A stretch of DNA of 64,000 bases. Source: an uncultured Candidatus Saccharibacteria bacterium. GTDB taxonomy: Bacteria > Patescibacteriota > Minisyncoccia > Phycocordibacterales > UBA12445. Each line of letters opens with the position of its first letter. Position 1 is the first letter of the stretch. The notes below the pieces were generated by a model that saw nothing but the letters and a program-made list of their open reading frames with translations, had not been told where the DNA came from and searched no databases. Location: the NCBI GenBank assembly GCA_964649715.1, contig CAZYTH010000006.1, positions 6,341-70,340 on the forward strand. The letters are read 5' to 3'. Made by a program: the position numbers and the translations under genes. Below are positions 30,039 through 40,847 of this stretch, in pieces.

Positions 30039-31244
30039 ATGTTATTCAATTATAGAGCCGTAAATGAGAACAATGAACCCAAAGAAGGGGTTTTTGATGC
30101 CGTTACGATGGATGTCGCAATTTCCTCTCTCCAAAAGAAAGGTCTTGTTATTGTTTCCATAAACCCAGTTGGAGAAAAGATTGGTTTTGCAAAATTCTTT
30201 GAACAATTTGAGGGAGTGAAGATGAAGGATATCGTTATAATGTCTAGGCAAATAGCGACTCTTTTTGAAGCAAAGGTCTCGGCTCTTGAAGCATTCAAAC
30301 TTCTCGCAGGAGAATCCGATAGTGCAATGCTGAGAAAGGTTATGACGGGTATCGTCGATGACCTCCAGAGCGGTCTTCCTATATCTTCCGCAATGGCAAA
30401 ATACCCCGAAGTTTTTACACCATTCTTCGTTTCAATGATACGTTCAGGAGAAGAGTCCGGAAAATTAACCGAATCTTTCAACTTCCTCGCCGACTATATG
30501 GAAAGATCTTACGAGCTCACCTCAAAAGCGAAAAACGCTCTTATTTACCCTGCTTTCGTTATCGCTTCCTTTGTTATTGTTCTTATACTGATGCTTATTT
30601 TCGTCATTCCAAAACTTTCCGAAATTCTTCTTGATATTGGTGGCGAGATTCCTCTTTCCACTAAGATTGTTCTCGGGGCGAGTCAGTTTCTTTTAGATTA
30701 TGGCATTTTCTTGCTTGCCTTGATTGCCGTTGGTTCTGTTTTTCTATACAGATATTTCAAAACAGAAGAGGGTTCTTCAGTTCTTGCTGATATAAAGATG
30801 AAGACTCCATACATCGGTCATCTTTATAAAATGTTTTATCTTTCAAGGATTTCAGACAATATGCAGACCCTGATTTCTTCAGGAGTCGCTATGGTTCGTT
30901 CCGTCGAAATAACCGCCGATGTTGTTGGTTCTGAACAATATAAAAAAATGCTCACAGACGCTTCTACCCAAGTAAAGGCGGGTATTGCACTCTCAAAGGC
31001 ACTCGGCCGTTATGAAGAAATGCCAAGAATATTCATTCAAATGCTGAAGATCGGGGAAGAAACAGGAAATATCGGTTTCGTTTTGAAGACAATGTCCCGA
31101 TTCTACAAGAGGGAAGTGGACACCGCCGTTGATACCCTTGTGGGACTCATCGAGCCGTTCATGATACTTGTCCTTGGCCTCGCAGTTGGTATTCTATTAG
31201 TCTCGGTTCTCGGCCCTATCTACAACATCACCACGGGAATCTAG
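30039..31244 (+). CDS. pilC: Type IV pilus platform protein (PilC/GspF)
   Basis: GEESGKL, ALIYP, GEETG and IEP motifs. Confidence 0.93.
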   Translation: MLFNYRAVNENNEPKEGVFDAVTMDVAISSLQKKGLVIVSINPVGEKIGFAKFFEQFEGVKMKDIVIMSRQIATLFEAKVSALEAFKLLAGESDSAMLRKVMTGIVDDLQSGLPISSAMAKYPEVFTPFFVSMIRSGEESGKLTESFNFLADYMERSYELTSKAKNALIYPAFVIASFVIVLILMLIFVIPKLSEILLDIGGEIPLSTKIVLGASQFLLDYGIFLLALIAVGSVFLYRYFKTEEGSSVLADIKMKTPYIGHLYKMFYLSRISDNMQTLISSGVAMVRSVEITADVVGSEQYKKMLTDASTQVKAGIALSKALGRYEEMPRIFIQMLKIGEETGNIGFVLKTMSRFYKREVDTAVDTLVGLIEPFMILVLGLAVGILLVSVLGPIYNITTGI

Positions 31245-31273
31245 CTTGCGCTGTCGGGTATTTGGAACATGAA

Positions 31274-31358
31274 CGAAACCGGGTTTATGGTTGTGAAATA
31301 AGGATAATCAAAGCCGATAGCTTGTTATCCCTCACTCCTCTAAACCCGGTTTCTTGGT
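31274..31358. repeat. 85-bp element with GAAACCGGGTTTA/TAAACCCGGTTTC terminal inverted repeats (copy 1)
   Basis: Diverged direct copy at 33048-33133. Confidence 0.85.
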
Positions 31359-31375
31359 GTAATTGTAATTTCTCT

Positions 31376-31508
31376 TCGTCATTGCGATCCGCCTCTGGCG
31401 GAGAAGCCCGCCCGAACGACCTCTGTTCTGGTCGGGCGAGGCAATCCAGATTTAGTTTTATATTTCTGTCTGGATCGCCACGGTCGCTCTGCTCCCTCGC
31501 GATGACGA
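31376..31508. repeat. Composite palindromic element GTCATTGCGA...GCAATCC / GGATCGCC...TCGCGATGAC with nested hairpins
   Basis: Outer inverted arms enclose TCCGCC-TCT-GGCGGA and a CCCGCCCG element. Confidence 0.7.
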
Positions 31509-31550
31509 TTACCATTAAAGTCTTTACATTTCCCCATCTTTTTTTGTTTT

Positions 31551-31577
31551 TGTCATTCCCGCGAAGGCGGGAATCCA
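31551..31577. repeat. dRS3-like REP (ATTCCC-N8-GGGAAT)
   Basis: TGTCATTCCCGCGAAGGCGGGAATCCA; variants at 31889-31915 and 32446-32472. Confidence 0.8.
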
Positions 31578-31863
31578 TGTAGTGGAATCTATGTATCTTG
31601 CCACCATTCATTTCGGACTGGTTGGAAATTTGGATTTGGAAATTACTTTCTCCTTTATCCACAGCCTCTGTTTTGCTTTTAATGTCCTCCGAGAGTATAA
31701 TTTATTATGCAAGGGAATGTTTCCTCGCTTTTGATTTATTTCGGTCGATGGCGACAACATTGCCTGCGAGAAGTTTGTATAAAAACAGAACTTCCTTTTA
31801 CCACTTAATTTTTTAAAAGAGTATTAAAAATTAATTTATCCGCAAACTGCGGATTCACAATAA

Positions 31864-32409
31864 ATGAACAAAAAAATTGACACGATAGTGTCATCCCCGT
31901 GCAGACGGGGATCCATGGGTTTTACGTTAATCGAACTCCTCGTCGTCATCGCCATCATCGGTATGCTCGCCTCCACCGTCCTCGTATCTTTGGGTGGTGC
32001 CAGACAAAAGGGAAGAGATGCAAAAAGAATTTCCGACCTCGCAAACATAAGAACAGCTCTTGAGCTTTATTATGATTCCACAGGAACGATGCCAGATGAC
32101 ATATATACTGGATTGCCTTCTGAATTTATCAGCAAGGTGCCAAAGGATTCTGATGATTCACCTTATAAGTATTATGCTTACAAAAGAGCAGGTGCCACAA
32201 ATTGCACCTACTACCACCTCGGTGCCATTCTGGAGGCTGATTCCAATGTCTTAAGAGAGGATTCAAATATAAATTCCGGAGCAGACCCTATTTCAGACAC
32301 CACTAAATATACAAGTTGTGGGGGGACGGCTTTTAACGGAAAAGGCACAAATTGTGCGGGTGATGATGTCTCGCCTAATTCCAATTGTTATGATATTGGA
32401 AACAATTAA
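31864..32409 (+). CDS. Type IV pilin (GspG/PilA-like), paralogue 1
   Basis: G|FTLIELLVVIAIIG N-methylation motif, RDAKRISDL, C-terminal Cys residues. Confidence 0.92.
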   Translation: MNKKIDTIVSSPCRRGSMGFTLIELLVVIAIIGMLASTVLVSLGGARQKGRDAKRISDLANIRTALELYYDSTGTMPDDIYTGLPSEFISKVPKDSDDSPYKYYAYKRAGATNCTYYHLGAILEADSNVLREDSNINSGADPISDTTKYTSCGGTAFNGKGTNCAGDDVSPNSNCYDIGNN

Positions 32410-32414
32410 ACAAA

Positions 32415-32999
32415 ATGACTATGAACAACAAAATTAACACAACAGTGTCATCCCCGTGCAAACGGGGATCCAGAGGATTCACCCTCATCGAACTCCTCGT
32501 CGTCATCGCCATCATCGGTATGCTCGCCTCCACCGTCCTCGTATCTTTGGGTGGTGCCAGACAAAAGGGTAGGGACGCAAAGAGAATTTCCGACCTTGCA
32601 AATATAAGGACAGCTCTTGAGCTTTATTATGATTCTAAGGGTGAGATGCCCAAAAGTCTTTATGGCAGTGCTGCGGGTTTGGCTCCTGATTTCATTTCAA
32701 AAGTTCCCACAGACCCAGATGGAAGAAATTATTTTTATTGGCCAATGAAAAGAAGTTCAAGCACGGGAACTAAATGTACTTATTACCATCTTGGTGCTAT
32801 TCTAGAGGCTGATTCAAACGTTTTGGCGGAAGATATGGATAGAAATACCCTTACCTTACCGACAGGAATGGCTGCTTGTGACGGAGACTCTTCTGTGTTG
32901 AACACCGCAGGCTTCCCAGGCAGAAGTGTTGCTTGTGCAACGACTCAGTTGGGTGATGATGATAACAAAAAAGACAGATGTTACGACATAGGAAACTAG
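32415..32999 (+). CDS. Type IV pilin (GspG/PilA-like), paralogue 2
   Basis: Same N-terminal helix as paralogue 1, with a divergent globular domain. Confidence 0.92.
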   Translation: MTMNNKINTTVSSPCKRGSRGFTLIELLVVIAIIGMLASTVLVSLGGARQKGRDAKRISDLANIRTALELYYDSKGEMPKSLYGSAAGLAPDFISKVPTDPDGRNYFYWPMKRSSSTGTKCTYYHLGAILEADSNVLAEDMDRNTLTLPTGMAACDGDSSVLNTAGFPGRSVACATTQLGDDDNKKDRCYDIGN

Positions 33000-33047
33000 T
33001 TTCCTCAAACCACCAAACCAGAATCCGAGTCAATGATTTACCACAGC

Positions 33048-33133
33048 CGAAACCGGGTTTATGAGCGTGAAATAAAGACAACCGAAGCCGATAATTTACC
33101 TTCCTTTTACCTCTCTAAACTCGGTTTCTTGGT
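33048..33133. repeat. 86-bp TIR element (copy 2)
   Basis: CGAAACCGGGTTTATG...GTGAAATAA...AAGCCGATA...CTCTAAACTCGGTTTCTTGGT, matching 31274-31358. Confidence 0.85.
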
Positions 33134-33244
33134 TCGTCTTTGATCAAAAGTTCCCCCTATTTGTAATTTGTATACGAATCGTGGTATAATTAGAAGATAA
33201 GTTATTAATTAGTAGTTTAATAGAAGTTATAAGTCGAAAAAAAT

Positions 33245-33703
33245 ATGAAAAAGAAAGGTTTTACGTTGATAGAACTTCTCGTGGTCATTGCGATCATCGG
33301 TATCCTATCATCAGTTGTAGTTGTGTCGTTGAATAGCGCAAGAGCAAAAGCTCGTGATGCAAAGAGAGTTGCAGATTTAGGAGAAGTAAAAAAGGCTTTA
33401 ACATTGTATTTCGATACAAATCAAAATTATCCCGACACTCTATCTGGTCTTATTCCTGTTTATTTACAAACATTGCCAGTTCCGCCAACTGGGACAGAAG
33501 TTTATAATTACACCCCATCAGCAGACAGTCTTAGTTATCACTTAGGAGCTACTTTGGAACAAGTCCTCCCGAATTCAGGAGTTCTCGCTTCAGACAGAGA
33601 TTGTACTTCTGTAGAAGGTGCGACCGCAAATCTTTGCTTTGATGCTGGAGTTGCTGGAGGATTCGATGGAACTCTCGACCTCGTATATGATGTCACTCCG
33701 TAG
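33245..33703 (+). CDS. Type IV pilin (probable major pilin)
   Basis: Short leader MKKKG|FTLIELL, own extended -10 (TGGTATAAT 33182-33190) and terminator (33733-33770). Confidence 0.92.
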   Translation: MKKKGFTLIELLVVIAIIGILSSVVVVSLNSARAKARDAKRVADLGEVKKALTLYFDTNQNYPDTLSGLIPVYLQTLPVPPTGTEVYNYTPSADSLSYHLGATLEQVLPNSGVLASDRDCTSVEGATANLCFDAGVAGGFDGTLDLVYDVTP

Positions 33704-33792
33704 TTAAGAGTGTGGCGTTGATTGAATTTAAGAAAAAAACCCCGCAGGGCATCTCGTCCCGCGGGTTTTTCCTTTGTCCTCTCCTCTTAAAA

Positions 33793-33817
33793 CACTTGGA
33801 CTCCCGGAGTCCAAGTG
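33793..33817. repeat. REP palindrome downstream of RAYT
   Basis: CACTTGGACTCC-C-GGAGTCCAAGTG. Confidence 0.9.
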
Positions 33818-33820
33818 GCC

Positions 33821-34474
33821 TTATATCTCCTCGTTTATTTCTTCCTTTCTGGCAATCATATCCGGCAAATTCCCTTCTGCAAAGTCTTTGTATGCTTTCT
33901 TGTCCTTAAATTGTCCCAAAATAATATCTTTTTCACACTGAATAAGCGGTTCACCGTTTAACTCTTCGGAATACTGTTTCCAGCTAGACCTCACAAACTT
34001 GGACTCCGGGAGTCCAAGTGTTATCTTGTGTACAAGAAAATTTAGATTTATGTAAGAGCTTAAATGAAGCAGATAGGCATCATTTTTTATGTGTTTTGCC
34101 TTGAATCTACCGCCAAATAAGGCACCTTTTCTTCCATATTTTTCGTTAAAATATTTTGAATAGCCCAAAGACATTCTGTGCATAAATTTTTGCACTCCTG
34201 TCTCTTCTTTTTGCACAAGCAGAAAATGAAAATGATTTGGGTTTATGCAGTAGGCGACAATGCCGACCAGTGGTTTTTCCTCATTTTCTTTTTTATTTTT
34301 GTTAAAACTTTTTTGAAGTATACTTCCGATTAAATTAACATTATTAAATTCAAGTATTCCTTGCATGAATCTTCCAAGGTCTTTTTCGTCTTCGAATATT
34401 CGTCTTTTATCAACACCACGATTAAAAACGTGATAATATTCTCCATTTGCGAATTCTGTATTTCTTATTGGCAT
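33821..34474 (-). mobile_element. REP-associated tyrosine transposase (RAYT, Y1/HUH family)
   Basis: YYHVFNRG, PNHFH (HUH), YFN-KY-RKG-LF-GRF and YINLN motifs. Flanked by REPs on both sides, with a REP inside the gene (33997-34019). Confidence 0.9.
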
Positions 34475-34488
34475 GTTTGGGATACTAC

Positions 34489-34543
34489 CACTTGGACTCC
34501 GGGTTTCCAAGTACAAAAAACTTGGAAACCCGGAGTCCAAGTG
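34489..34543. repeat. REP doublet (REPIN-like) upstream of RAYT
   Basis: 24-bp perfect inverted arms CACTTGGACTCCGGGTTTCCAAGT around ACAAAAA. Confidence 0.9.
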
Positions 34544-34628
34544 AAGTCAATTTTTATACAGTAGAGGGGGTGTAGGGGGTGGTGAATGTCCACAGTTTTA
34601 TTTTTATTTTTTGTGCTATAATAATCCT

Positions 34629-35435
34629 ATGGAGACAATTATTTATCTTGCAATTTTTATTCTTGGAACTATTGTCGGAAGTTTTTTGAATGTTGTTATT
34701 CTCCGATACAATACAGGCAAGAGTGTTGGCGGTAGATCTATGTGCTTCACTTGTGGAAAGACATTAAAGCCAAGCCATCTTGTTCCCTTATTTAGTTATA
34801 TTTTACTTCGCGGAAAGTGCGCATTTTGTAAAACGAGAATATCTTCACAATATCCTATAATTGAAGCACTCACGGGGCTTGCCTTCGTGCTTCTCGCATA
34901 CAGAGTCGCATTTGAGCCGATACTTTTCTTTTATCTCACCGTCTTTTCAATATTGCTTATTATCGGAGCTTATGATTATCGCCACAAGATAATTCCCGAC
35001 GGGCTCGTGTTTCTCTTCATCGGACTCTCCCTCCTTCGCGTTGTCGCCGAATATTATGAATTTGGCGGAGATATTGTAAGTGAACTTATGTCGGGTATCT
35101 TCATTTCAGGATTTTTCGCTTTTTTGTGGCTTGTGTCGGGTGGTAGGTGGATGGGTTTTGGCGACGCCAAGCTCGCCCTCGGTATCGGGTGGTTGCTCCC
35201 TTATTGTATGAACGTTAGCGCAATTGTCCTCTCTTTCTTTTTGGGCTCAATCATCGGCCTCTCGGTAATGTTTTTCCAGAAGGTCACCGCAAAGGCATTA
35301 GGCAGGCCATATCATTTTGAAAGTGAGATACCGTTTGCTCCATTTCTTATCCTTGCGACATTCATTACATTTGCCTTCAATTTTGACCTTCTAGGATTTG
35401 CTATGGGCGGTGTTTTTAGCTGTCTTCCTTTTTAG
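34629..35435 (+). CDS. pilD: Prepilin peptidase
   Basis: GSFLNVVI-R, RS-C--C, GKC--C, YD--H-IIPD, MGFGDAKL and IPFAPFL motifs. Confidence 0.93.
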   Translation: METIIYLAIFILGTIVGSFLNVVILRYNTGKSVGGRSMCFTCGKTLKPSHLVPLFSYILLRGKCAFCKTRISSQYPIIEALTGLAFVLLAYRVAFEPILFFYLTVFSILLIIGAYDYRHKIIPDGLVFLFIGLSLLRVVAEYYEFGGDIVSELMSGIFISGFFAFLWLVSGGRWMGFGDAKLALGIGWLLPYCMNVSAIVLSFFLGSIIGLSVMFFQKVTAKALGRPYHFESEIPFAPFLILATFITFAFNFDLLGFAMGGVFSCLPF

Positions 35436-35454
35436 TTTGAACAAAAAAGACGAA

Positions 35455-36306
35455 ATGCATAGAGAAAAAAAATTAAAAAACCATTACGGAAAAATTTTTG
35501 CCAAAAACAGGCCCAAATCTTATCTGGCTAGGGGATTTACTATTTTTGAATTGCTTATCGTTATGTCTATCGCGGCGGTGGTCACGGTCATAACTTTCTC
35601 CAGCTTTCCCAAGATGAACAGCACTCTTTCTCTTGACCTTCTTACTCAAGATATCGCCCTTACAATAAGACAGGCACAAGTCTATGGAACAACTGTTTTT
35701 GGTTCTGGGATGTACGACGACCAGTTTAATTCTTATGGGATAGACCTTCCTGACCCTAATCACCCAGATGTAACATCCGGTCAAGAACCATATACGATAA
35801 CCCTGTTTGCTGATATTGGTGTTGAGACAATAGACATTAACGGCAATATCTCCCTAGAACAAAATTATAAATTTGACGGTAAAGTTTCCTCGTCAAATCC
35901 TTGCGGAAATCCTCAAAAAACAATAGATACAACTTATGAAACATCTAACGAATGCGTTGAGCAGTTTAGGATCACAGGGAAGAATTTTATTAAAGCAATT
36001 TGCCCAAAATATAGTGATGGAGATTTAACAAAAGATGGTAGGATAAAAAGGTGTCTAACCGGTAGTGATGATAACTATAAAGTCGCCACTTTTAGTAGGT
36101 CAGATTATATTAAAAATACACAAGACAGACACGTAACCATCGTTTACAACAGGCCAAATCTAAATCCAGAGCTAACTATCTGGAAGAAAGACGATAATTA
36201 TGTTTGTCAGGATTGTAACAATATCGGGATAGTTATTGAATCAGAGGCGGGGCTCAGGAGGGTGGTCGTCGTGTGGTCAAACGGCCAAATAGCAGTGGAC
36301 AGATAA
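35455..36306 (+). CDS. Minor pilin (FimT/FimU-like)
   Basis: RG|FTIFELL, IRQAQ and C-terminal NGQI motifs. Confidence 0.8.
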   Translation: MHREKKLKNHYGKIFAKNRPKSYLARGFTIFELLIVMSIAAVVTVITFSSFPKMNSTLSLDLLTQDIALTIRQAQVYGTTVFGSGMYDDQFNSYGIDLPDPNHPDVTSGQEPYTITLFADIGVETIDINGNISLEQNYKFDGKVSSSNPCGNPQKTIDTTYETSNECVEQFRITGKNFIKAICPKYSDGDLTKDGRIKRCLTGSDDNYKVATFSRSDYIKNTQDRHVTIVYNRPNLNPELTIWKKDDNYVCQDCNNIGIVIESEAGLRRVVVVWSNGQIAVDR

Positions 36307-36332
36307 CATTAGTTATAAAGTTTAGAAAGTAA

Positions 36333-36992
36333 ATGTATAAAGAAAAATATAAAAAAATAAACAAGAAAGCTTTCGACTTTACAGACTTTAGACTTTACAG
36401 ACTTAGTAAAGGGTTTACTTTGATTGAAATAATGGTTGCGGTATCAATATTCGTGACCGTTATGATGATTGTTATCGGTGCGCTTCTTGCCTTAAATGAT
36501 GCAAACAAAAAAGCGCAGGCACTTCGTTCTGTTGTAGAGAATCTCAACTTTGCGATAGAGGATATCTCAAGAAAATTCAAGACGGGGAAAAATTTTAGAT
36601 GTGATGCCGAGAGTTCGATTGTTGGAACTCCATCTTGCAATAATGGAACAAATAAAGTTTATGTTGAGTTCAAGCCATCCGCAAACAGTCAATATGAACC
36701 CCACGTTTATGAGTTTGCGAATGGAAAATTAACACATAAGTATAAAAAGGTCCAAGGAGGAACAACCACTGCTGGATCTTGGATCAACGAAGGTGTAAGC
36801 ATGGTTTCCCCCGAAGTCATATTAAAAGACGTTAAGTTTTATATTTACAGCGATAGCACTACCGGCCAACAGCCGATAATTATTATGAACCTAAGCGGAG
36901 AATTTAACTTGGCTCAATTTGGAGATAATCCCAAGTTTAGAACGCCGTTTAGTATTCAAACGACGGTAAGCCAGAGAATCGGTTCATTCTAA
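36333..36992 (+). CDS. Minor pilin (PilW-like)
   Basis: KG|FTLIEIMV and C-terminal IQTTVSQR motifs. Confidence 0.8.
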   Translation: MYKEKYKKINKKAFDFTDFRLYRLSKGFTLIEIMVAVSIFVTVMMIVIGALLALNDANKKAQALRSVVENLNFAIEDISRKFKTGKNFRCDAESSIVGTPSCNNGTNKVYVEFKPSANSQYEPHVYEFANGKLTHKYKKVQGGTTTAGSWINEGVSMVSPEVILKDVKFYIYSDSTTGQQPIIIMNLSGEFNLAQFGDNPKFRTPFSIQTTVSQRIGSF

Positions 36993-37040
36993 AAGCAAAG
37001 ACAATGTTTTTATTAAAGAATATTTAGAGAAAAAGACGTA

Positions 37041-37715
37041 ATGCACGTAATCACATATTTAAAAAATAATTTCAGGAAAATGCTTGCCAAGAGAGGTTAT
37101 AAATCTTGCCCAGCGAGTGGTTTTACGATCATTGAGTCTTTGGTGGCTGTTATGATACTTGTGATGTCGGTTACGGGGCCTCTGGCTCTCGCTGCGAGGG
37201 GGCTTTCATTCTCTACCTATGCGAGAGAAGAGATAACCGCTTTCTATCTTGCGAGTGAGGGGATGGAGACGATAAGAAATATAAGAGATTCAAATTTATT
37301 GAGTCCCGAAAGTGGCAAAGATTGGCTGGGGAGAGACATGGGTGGTAACGGCGGTCTTGGAAGGTGCAAAAATAACCCCTGCTATCTTGATGTTTGGAAA
37401 AGCCCGCCTGAATTAAGAAAGTCTTTTGACGATGTTAATAATGAGACAATTTCTTTGTATCCCACCGATTATTCTCTTTGGGAGTATAAGCTTGGAGATG
37501 ATGAAAATAGCGTAACTAGGTATGGTTATAATTTTGACACATCGGGTAGGACAGAAACTCCAGACCAAACCATTTATTCTCGAAAGTTAATAGTAGAGCC
37601 TATTGGAATACTTGGATCAGAGAATGAGGCGAGGGTTACTGTTATCGTCTCTTGGTATGCAAAGAACAATATCTATCGGGAGGTTATACTAAGTAACAAT
37701 ATTTTTAAACTATAG
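37041..37715 (+). CDS. Minor pilin (PilV-like)
   Basis: SG|FTIIESLV, AFYLASEGME-IRN-RD and V-VSW motifs. Confidence 0.8.
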   Translation: MHVITYLKNNFRKMLAKRGYKSCPASGFTIIESLVAVMILVMSVTGPLALAARGLSFSTYAREEITAFYLASEGMETIRNIRDSNLLSPESGKDWLGRDMGGNGGLGRCKNNPCYLDVWKSPPELRKSFDDVNNETISLYPTDYSLWEYKLGDDENSVTRYGYNFDTSGRTETPDQTIYSRKLIVEPIGILGSENEARVTVIVSWYAKNNIYREVILSNNIFKL

Positions 37716-37729
37716 TTTTAAAAAACCGA

Positions 37730-38275
37730 ATGAATTTTATGAAAAACAAACATCCATATCCCAAAAAGAATAAAGCGTTCGTCCTCCTTATATCTCTGCT
37801 CGTTTCTAGCGTTATTTTGGCCTCGGGACTAGCCGTCACAAGGATAATCGTCCGCCAGATATATCTTGCCTCTGTACAGAGAGATTCTCAACTCGCATTT
37901 TTTGCTGCCGATGCTGGCCTTGAGTGCGCAAGATTTTGGAAAGACAGCGGTGAGACGATTCCATCCCCCCCATCAAACCCCCAGTGTAACGGAGTAGATT
38001 TAAAAAATACCTCAGGTGGTGCCGTCCGTGATTTTGATAATGATTTTGAATTTTATTTTAATATCGGCGGGCAAATTTATGAAAAGCCTGGTGATTTAAA
38101 TGCGGTAGCTCCAAAACTTTGCGTAAAAGTTAAATATACTCCTGCGGGTGTGAGTGGCTCACCCAAGGCCAGAATAGAATCAAGAGGATATAATACCGAG
38201 TGTCTTTCAAATGGACAGCTTTCGGGCGGAAGGGTGGTAGAGAGGAAACTTGTCTATCAATATACAACCAATTAA
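37730..38275 (+). CDS. Minor pilin (PilX-like)
   Basis: KA|FVLL lacking E5; AFFAADAGLECA and IESRG motifs. Confidence 0.78.
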   Translation: MNFMKNKHPYPKKNKAFVLLISLLVSSVILASGLAVTRIIVRQIYLASVQRDSQLAFFAADAGLECARFWKDSGETIPSPPSNPQCNGVDLKNTSGGAVRDFDNDFEFYFNIGGQIYEKPGDLNAVAPKLCVKVKYTPAGVSGSPKARIESRGYNTECLSNGQLSGGRVVERKLVYQYTTN

Positions 38276-38387
38276 TTGCGACTTAAAATCTAAGTAAAAT
38301 TTTCAAAACGGCTTTGCTTAAATTTGTTTGAGTAAAGCCGTTTTTGTATATATAATGGGGAAACTCAAGGACTTTCTTGTGGCATAA

Positions 38388-40433
<2,046 letters not shown>

Positions 40434-40472
40434 TGGTAGTATCAAGAAATAATTTTCAATATTTGAAACACA

Positions 40473-40763
40473 ATGATTAATAGAGATACAATAATCAAAT
40501 TAGCCAACCTTAGTAGGATTGAAATATCCGAAGATGAAATGGTTAAGATAGAAAAAGATCTTGGTGCTATATTGGAATATGTTTCAGAGCTCAAGAGTGC
40601 ACCTGAAAGAGAGAACGTTGTAGAAGGAACACATATAAATATTTTAAGAGAAGATGCCGAACCACATATTGCCGGCTTGTATACTGATGATATTTTGAAT
40701 TTGGCACCAAAGACAAAAGATGGATATGTGGTGGTTAAGCAGGTGATGGGAGGGAAGAAATAG
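40473..40763 (+). CDS. gatC: Asp/Glu-tRNA amidotransferase subunit C
   Basis: LANLSRI, ILEYVSEL and LRED motifs; upstream of gatA. Confidence 0.92.
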   Translation: MINRDTIIKLANLSRIEISEDEMVKIEKDLGAILEYVSELKSAPERENVVEGTHINILREDAEPHIAGLYTDDILNLAPKTKDGYVVVKQVMGGKK

Positions 40764-40847
40764 GAATTAAGTACGAAGCATCAAGAATAAAAATTTTTAA
40801 TTTTTCAATAATCCAAACAAAAATCAATATTTGAAAATTATACTTTT

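Noticed and set aside
31262-31816. ORFs 31262-31582, 31285-31662 and 31598-31816
   Set aside because: They are translations of palindromic repeats and promoter DNA, with no protein-like features.
34475-34540. N-terminal extension of the RAYT ORF from 34540
   Set aside because: It is just the stop-free REP doublet read through; the family-like sequence begins at ATG 34474.
31274-34543. Possible CRISPR array
   Set aside because: The repeats are of different families, irregularly spaced, and no cas genes are present.
34566-34582. G-rich tract GGGGGTGTAGGGGGTGG as a Neisseria-like pilin G-quadruplex
   Set aside because: It has only two long G runs, does not fit a four-run G3 motif and is not directly upstream of a pilin; too weak to claim.
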